A stretch of 49,919 bases of DNA, counting the filler, from Sphacelaria rigidula (taxonomy: Eukaryota): NCBI GenBank assembly GCA_964200075.2. It is 3 parts of 3 records of this genome, joined end to end, with 100 filler letters (N's around TTAATTAATTAA, not from the genome) between each part and the next. Parts side by side here need not be neighbours in the genome. Positions count along the whole stretch, not along the records: positions 33,354 to 49,919 come from CAXNAA020001311.1; 2 more parts are not named here. One strand, given 5' to 3'. This document shows, in pieces, positions 45,302 to 49,919 of the stretch. The notes under the pieces are model-generated. The model saw only the letters and a program-made list of their open reading frames with translations, made no database searches and was not told where the DNA came from. Within the stretch, counting starts at the first letter, position 1, and every line of letters starts with the position of its first letter. Position numbers and translations under genes: made by a program.

Positions 45302-46200
45302 TCAATACAATGTAATTTGGGACAAATTCAAAAAATTCCTGTGTTGACATGTGCATACTGAGCGACATCTGCACTGACTTGGACGAAGAGTATATACCAT
45401 GACCTTTTCCAGAACAAAACTGATCGACTGAGAAGCAAATACATGACATAGACGAAACGACTTTCGTGCCTGCAGGGTTGAATAGATAACAACTCTATTT
45501 GCGCACATACACGCGTGTATGCCGCACAAGAGTAAACTTCTGTCCCGACGTGGTGCGACTTGTCACAGAAATACCACATCCTGGAGACATGAAAACGACT
45601 GGAAGTGTGGCGAAACGGAACGATGAAAACCTTCGACATGGCAATTTGAATCGCCAAAAGGCATGGAGTACATTTTTTTCGCCGCTCTCAATACTTGGAG
45701 CCTGGTTGGAATGACGGACGAAACATGTGACCGGACGTGTGTGCAAAACGGAAGTTGGACGTGTGAAATACAAGAGAAACTGAGATGCCCGTTGGGACAG
45801 GAATCCATCGGTGTGGCGTCCTGTCATCATTTACTTGATTCAGCACTTCGACTCAAATAGTCCTTACGGTTTTCAAGGGTCATCTTGTGCTGTGTTACAG
45901 CCAGCCGCCTGGGGGCCGAATCCATCGGGTGTGGAGAGTCAAAGCACATCAGATTTCTGGAAAATAGGATGAGATTTTGGTCAATAAAGGTGATGTTCAA
46001 AAACTGTTGTGTATTCGAACACAGCGTGGCAATCAACTGGGGTCTGAGTCCATCCATGGTGACCGTGTTGGTGCAAGAAAGATACCAAAAACCCAACAAC
46101 TCATCTCCGGAGCCAAGTGGTGAAATTGAGAAGCCCGGCAGAATATTTGTATTGAAAATCGCTGAACCCACTGTGAGACCAACGTGACTGCTTTTGCCAC
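45302..46200 (-). pseudogene. Possible decayed Mutator (MULE) transposase fragment
   Basis: Broken minus-strand ORFs contain, in order, FLNITFIDQNL, FCTH, DSNCHVEGFHRSV (cf. MULE TNNxxE[GS][FW]H) and a Cys/His cluster QCRCRSVCTCQH (SWIM-like). Confidence 0.3.
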
Positions 46201-48256
46201 GATCAAAGTAAGACACATGTCCAATGTGTGACAGAGAACAGCAATAACAACAACAACAACAACAAAGCGAGTAGGTCAACGTCAAGGTAGACGAGAAGAC
46301 AACATTGTGTAATAGCTCATATGCCTACAGCAATCATGACATGGTACAACAGACGCGGCAGATGAGCACAGACATATCAGCGTAATTCGACTGCGTGAAA
46401 AACAAAATAATGATGAGATGAGCGCATGTACAGCTTTCGTATTTATATGTAGATGGACGTATGCGTATTTAAGTGGGCCGAGAAGCACGGGAAGACGGTG
46501 ATATTGACGTACTCAATGGATATATACCAGGCAGGGACGACAGTAGTCGAAGCTTGAACTTCGCATGTTCGCTTTAAAAAGCGATTTTCCCAGATTTGTC
46601 GGTTACCACGACTCATGACGGAGTCTGTCTGGTCCCAAAAAACTAGAATCGAGAAGCACGAGTACGCGGCACAAGTTTCAAGATTTTGTTTCTTCTTCTA
46701 GGACCAATTTTGAACGAGATACGGGCTCACCTGTCTTTGTGGATCCTACAAGGGTACAACCCTCCATTCTCGCTCTTTGATGTTTTCGCTTGACCGAACC
46801 AGTCCGGATCGCTACACTGAACAATTTAATGGCTTCAGCCGTTCTATTTTCTCGATATCTATTTCCCTATAGCCGAAGAGTCGTGCTTCGGGGTTATATG
46901 CGGTCAACACAACCTACTCGATACACGGGGTGTTACTCTCCGTCGTTCCAACAACCCAGAAATTGGAAAATATGTCCCGAGCATGACCTGCGTCTTTTTC
47001 CAGCGCCTAATGGCTCTCGAAGGCTCGAGTGAAGGTGATGAATAGTCTGAGAAAAGATCCCGATCGAGGTGGTGCCGTATTCAAGCATTGGTCACTACGT
47101 CAAAAACTAAGATATGGCATCAATTGCACGAATCGACTACGCTTGACGAAATAAAAAGACACCCCTGTATCACCCCCGTCTCGAAAGGGATGCGTGGTCA
47201 ATGGTCAAACGACTAAGGCAAGCAACAAATGAGTACGCCCCCCCCCCCCCTGTATCACCCCCAAGATAATTCTTCCTAGAAGAAGACGCGACATACTTTC
47301 GAGGCGCGACGCCTGATGACTTTCGGCCGGTTCGACATGTACAAAAGGATGTGTACATGGACGCATATGTACACTTCCATTTCCCCAACTCTAGGGCGCG
47401 GTATATCGCCCTAGTTGACCAGCAGAATAACCATATTAGTCTAGATTCACAAGTCTGGGAGCCAGGACAACGTGCATGATACGCCTGTGGCGAAAAGAAT
47501 ATGCCGAAAACGACTCGTACGTACACACACGGAAGAAGACGAAAACCAAGAGTCTCGCCAAAGAATAACAGACAGGTGATTACCGCGCGAGAACCCTGTT
47601 TGCCCCTGTGCCAGCTGCTATACACCCTGGGAAAGCCCCGTAATCTCCCCATCATGCGAGCGCTTCTGTGTGCACTTGGCACAGTCTGACACATTGCCGT
47701 TATGGCCCCTCGCTCGTACAGCAGGAGTCGAAAGAGTTGCTGTTGAAGATGAGAGAGTCGCAGGCAGCTAGTGCAGGCGGGGGTGTAGGATTACTGGGGA
47801 TCATGACGTCGGCGTCAGCCCCCCCCTCCCAGTGACCGTTCGAATTTCTTCGACGCCAGGCATGATGCGAGAGGATTCAGATTCTAAGCCGTCTAACGAG
47901 GGTTGATCCACTACCACACACACGTGGAGCTGGGGAGCTTCGAGTGTACGGCATGGCGTCGCCCCACCTGGGAACTACCTACTGTCGACGCCGTCAGAGG
48001 AAGACAATTTCGAACACGTGCGGCACGGCCGATTGGGCTATTCAAGCACATGAAAAAGCGACGTGCGCTTTTTGACGAACTCCTTGTTACTCTATTCCCT
48101 CTTGGTTTGTCAACAACATAGCCGAACACAGATATTGGGTAGCACGAGGCAAGCACATAACCGGCGTAGACTGCGTGTATTGGAGAGCGATGCGGCTAAC
48201 ACTGTTTCTTCACATGCCTGGGTTCCTTTCGAACCGTTCGTTGGTGAGGGAAAATG

Positions 48257-48394
48257 CACACCCTGGACAACAGATTGTATTGTCAAAAAGTGTACCACGT
48301 ACAGTATGGAATCTATCGTCTGTTGCAACAGGCGCCATAGTCGATACTGTACGCAGTACACTTTTTGACAGTATATTCTATCGTCCAGGGTTTG
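48257..48394. mobile_element. 138-bp palindromic MITE, 8-bp TSD
   Basis: CACACCCTGGAC...GTCCAGGGTTTG. Flanks GGAAAATG / GAAAAATG (7/8). Confidence 0.85.
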
Positions 48395-48443
48395 GAAAAA
48401 TGTGGACTACGTGCAGTACAGGGGGGGGGGAAATCTACTCACT

Positions 48444-48645
48444 GGTCGACGAGGGAACGGGGCTGCTGAACTCCTCTCGCGATAAAAAATGAAGGCAAGC
48501 ACCGCAGGAGGAAGGTGAAGATCTAAAACAAAGAAGAGGTAAACTCCGGTGTTGGCCTTCCTCCTGTGTGACCCCGGCTGGTGCGCCCACATATGCCGAA
48601 AGGTGTAGACCGCCGTCCAAAATACATGGGACGGCAACACACACA
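48444..48645 (+). mobile_element. tRNA-derived SINE, 5'-truncated
   Basis: GGTCGACGAGGGAACGGGGCTGCTGAACTCCTC ... CCTGTGTGACCCCGGCTGGTGCGCCCACATATGCCGAAAGGTGTA ... GGGACGGCAACACACACA. Confidence 0.85.
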
Positions 48646-49075
48646 GGAGCAGCAGCAGCAGTGCAATAGACAGCCCGGGCAGTGCAGTCGAAACGAACCT
48701 CGAAACGTGCTCGAGCTGCCATTGCTTCCCCCGAAAGTGCGGAGTGCGCTGAAGCACAGTTACGGAATGTGTTTGCGTACATCGCGGCACTATTCGTTGC
48801 CTCAGCGAGCATGCACCAGACACGTCTTGCATGATGATGAGACGGTAACAACAGGAGGATTTACGATACAGTACAGGATGCTTGGCCGGAAAAAACCGAC
48901 CAATGGCTCTCTTCCCACGACTATCCATGTATATTTATATATATCCTACAGTATTCGTCTGTTCAGGCAAACAAGTTCGCTTCTCTGTCACGGCAATTGG
49001 ACTCAGGTGTCCATTTCCTAGTAGGCTACGTACGGCAGATCTGAGCCCCCTCTGCGGTCAGAGGGTTGACCCCCT

Positions 49076-49443
49076 TGTGTGCGCTATGTGTGTGTTGTCA
49101 TACCATCTATTCTGGACGCCGGTCCACCCCTTTCGGTATATGTGGGCGTACCAGCCGGGGTCACACAGGAGGAAGGCTAGCACAATATATTTTTTCTTTT
49201 TTGTTCGGTTTTGTTCTCCATCTTTCTCCTACGGTGCTTGCCTTGACTTGTTACCGCGAGGGGGATTCAGCGGTCCCTTTCCCTCGTCCACCATAAACTC
49301 GAATTTTGTGTTCCCACGACATGGTCGCTCTTCACTGTTAGACACTGCGTGAGAAAAAATCCCAGATCGCTCCGACATTCGAACCCAAAACCCTACTGTC
49401 AGGAGGTTTCGAGGTTACCAACTGAGCCACCGGGGCAACCGGC
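49076..49443 (-). mobile_element. tRNA-derived SINE, full length
   Basis: Reverse complement GCCGGTTGCCCCGGTGGCTCAGTTGGT ... GGGTTCGAAT (A/B boxes), followed by the shared body, 3' module and CA-rich tail. Confidence 0.88.
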
Positions 49444-49919
49444 TTGAACACCAAATACCACAGAATAATCTGCGATATACCAATGGAACTGCGAGTCACC
49501 CATCAGGGTACAGATGAGTATCCGCATCCACCATCAAAAATGTACTCTGGTGTAGTGACCCAGGATATCTTGCTTGATGAATCACTCCCTGCACTTGATC
49601 TATTAATAGTTGCACACACTTGAAAGTTCAAGCGTTCTTCTGCACTATTCTCACCGACTCAAAACGCTGACACGCCTTTGAAAAAATATAATGATGATCT
49701 CCTCAGTACAATTCGAGCAGTCTAGAGAGTAGTGACTGTAGTTACCCTCTCCCTTCGTACCGCACTGCATGATTTGTATCACCCAGGTCTCGAAACAACC
49801 TCGGATAGCGAGCTGCTTCACGGCACGCGTACTGCAGGTCCTGATCACCATTTCCTGTACTATCCTACTGCTTGACCTTGACCCAAGAACCCCCGAGACA
49901 CTCGTAGTGACGACCAGTG

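Noticed and set aside
48555..48635. HDV-like ribozyme in the SINE 3' module (CCGGCTGG ... ATGGGAC)
   Set aside because: No upstream GTCCCA partner for P2 and no nested double pseudoknot. GGGAC pairs locally in a simple hairpin.

Overview
Eukaryotic nuclear DNA with roughly balanced GC, long TE-filled GT-AG introns and short exons. The gene style and Pol delta sequence suggest a stramenopile, most plausibly a brown alga (inference). The window is not one locus. It is three pieces of 16583, 16570 and 16566 bp joined by artificial 100-nt spacers (N44-TTAATTAATTAA-N44), which looks like length-sorted contigs concatenated. Piece 1 (1-16583) holds a spliced ankyrin-repeat/coiled-coil gene (+) and a decayed pogo/DDE_1 transposase. 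Piece 2 (16684-33253) holds the first 12 exons of DNA polymerase delta catalytic subunit (POLD1, -), head-to-head with a vezatin-like gene (+) across a 286-bp promoter carrying an E2F-type site next to a CHR-like site. Piece 3 (33354-49919) has no recognisable spliced host gene. It carries a compact, apparently intronless cluster of unknown ORFs (two distant paralogs flanking a 917-aa basic/Ser-Arg-rich ORF, plus a further ORF), a composite TIR element enclosing cargo, foldback MITEs and a possible MULE relic. A tRNA-derived SINE family and a ~138-bp MITE family with 8-bp TSDs occur in pieces 1 and 3.
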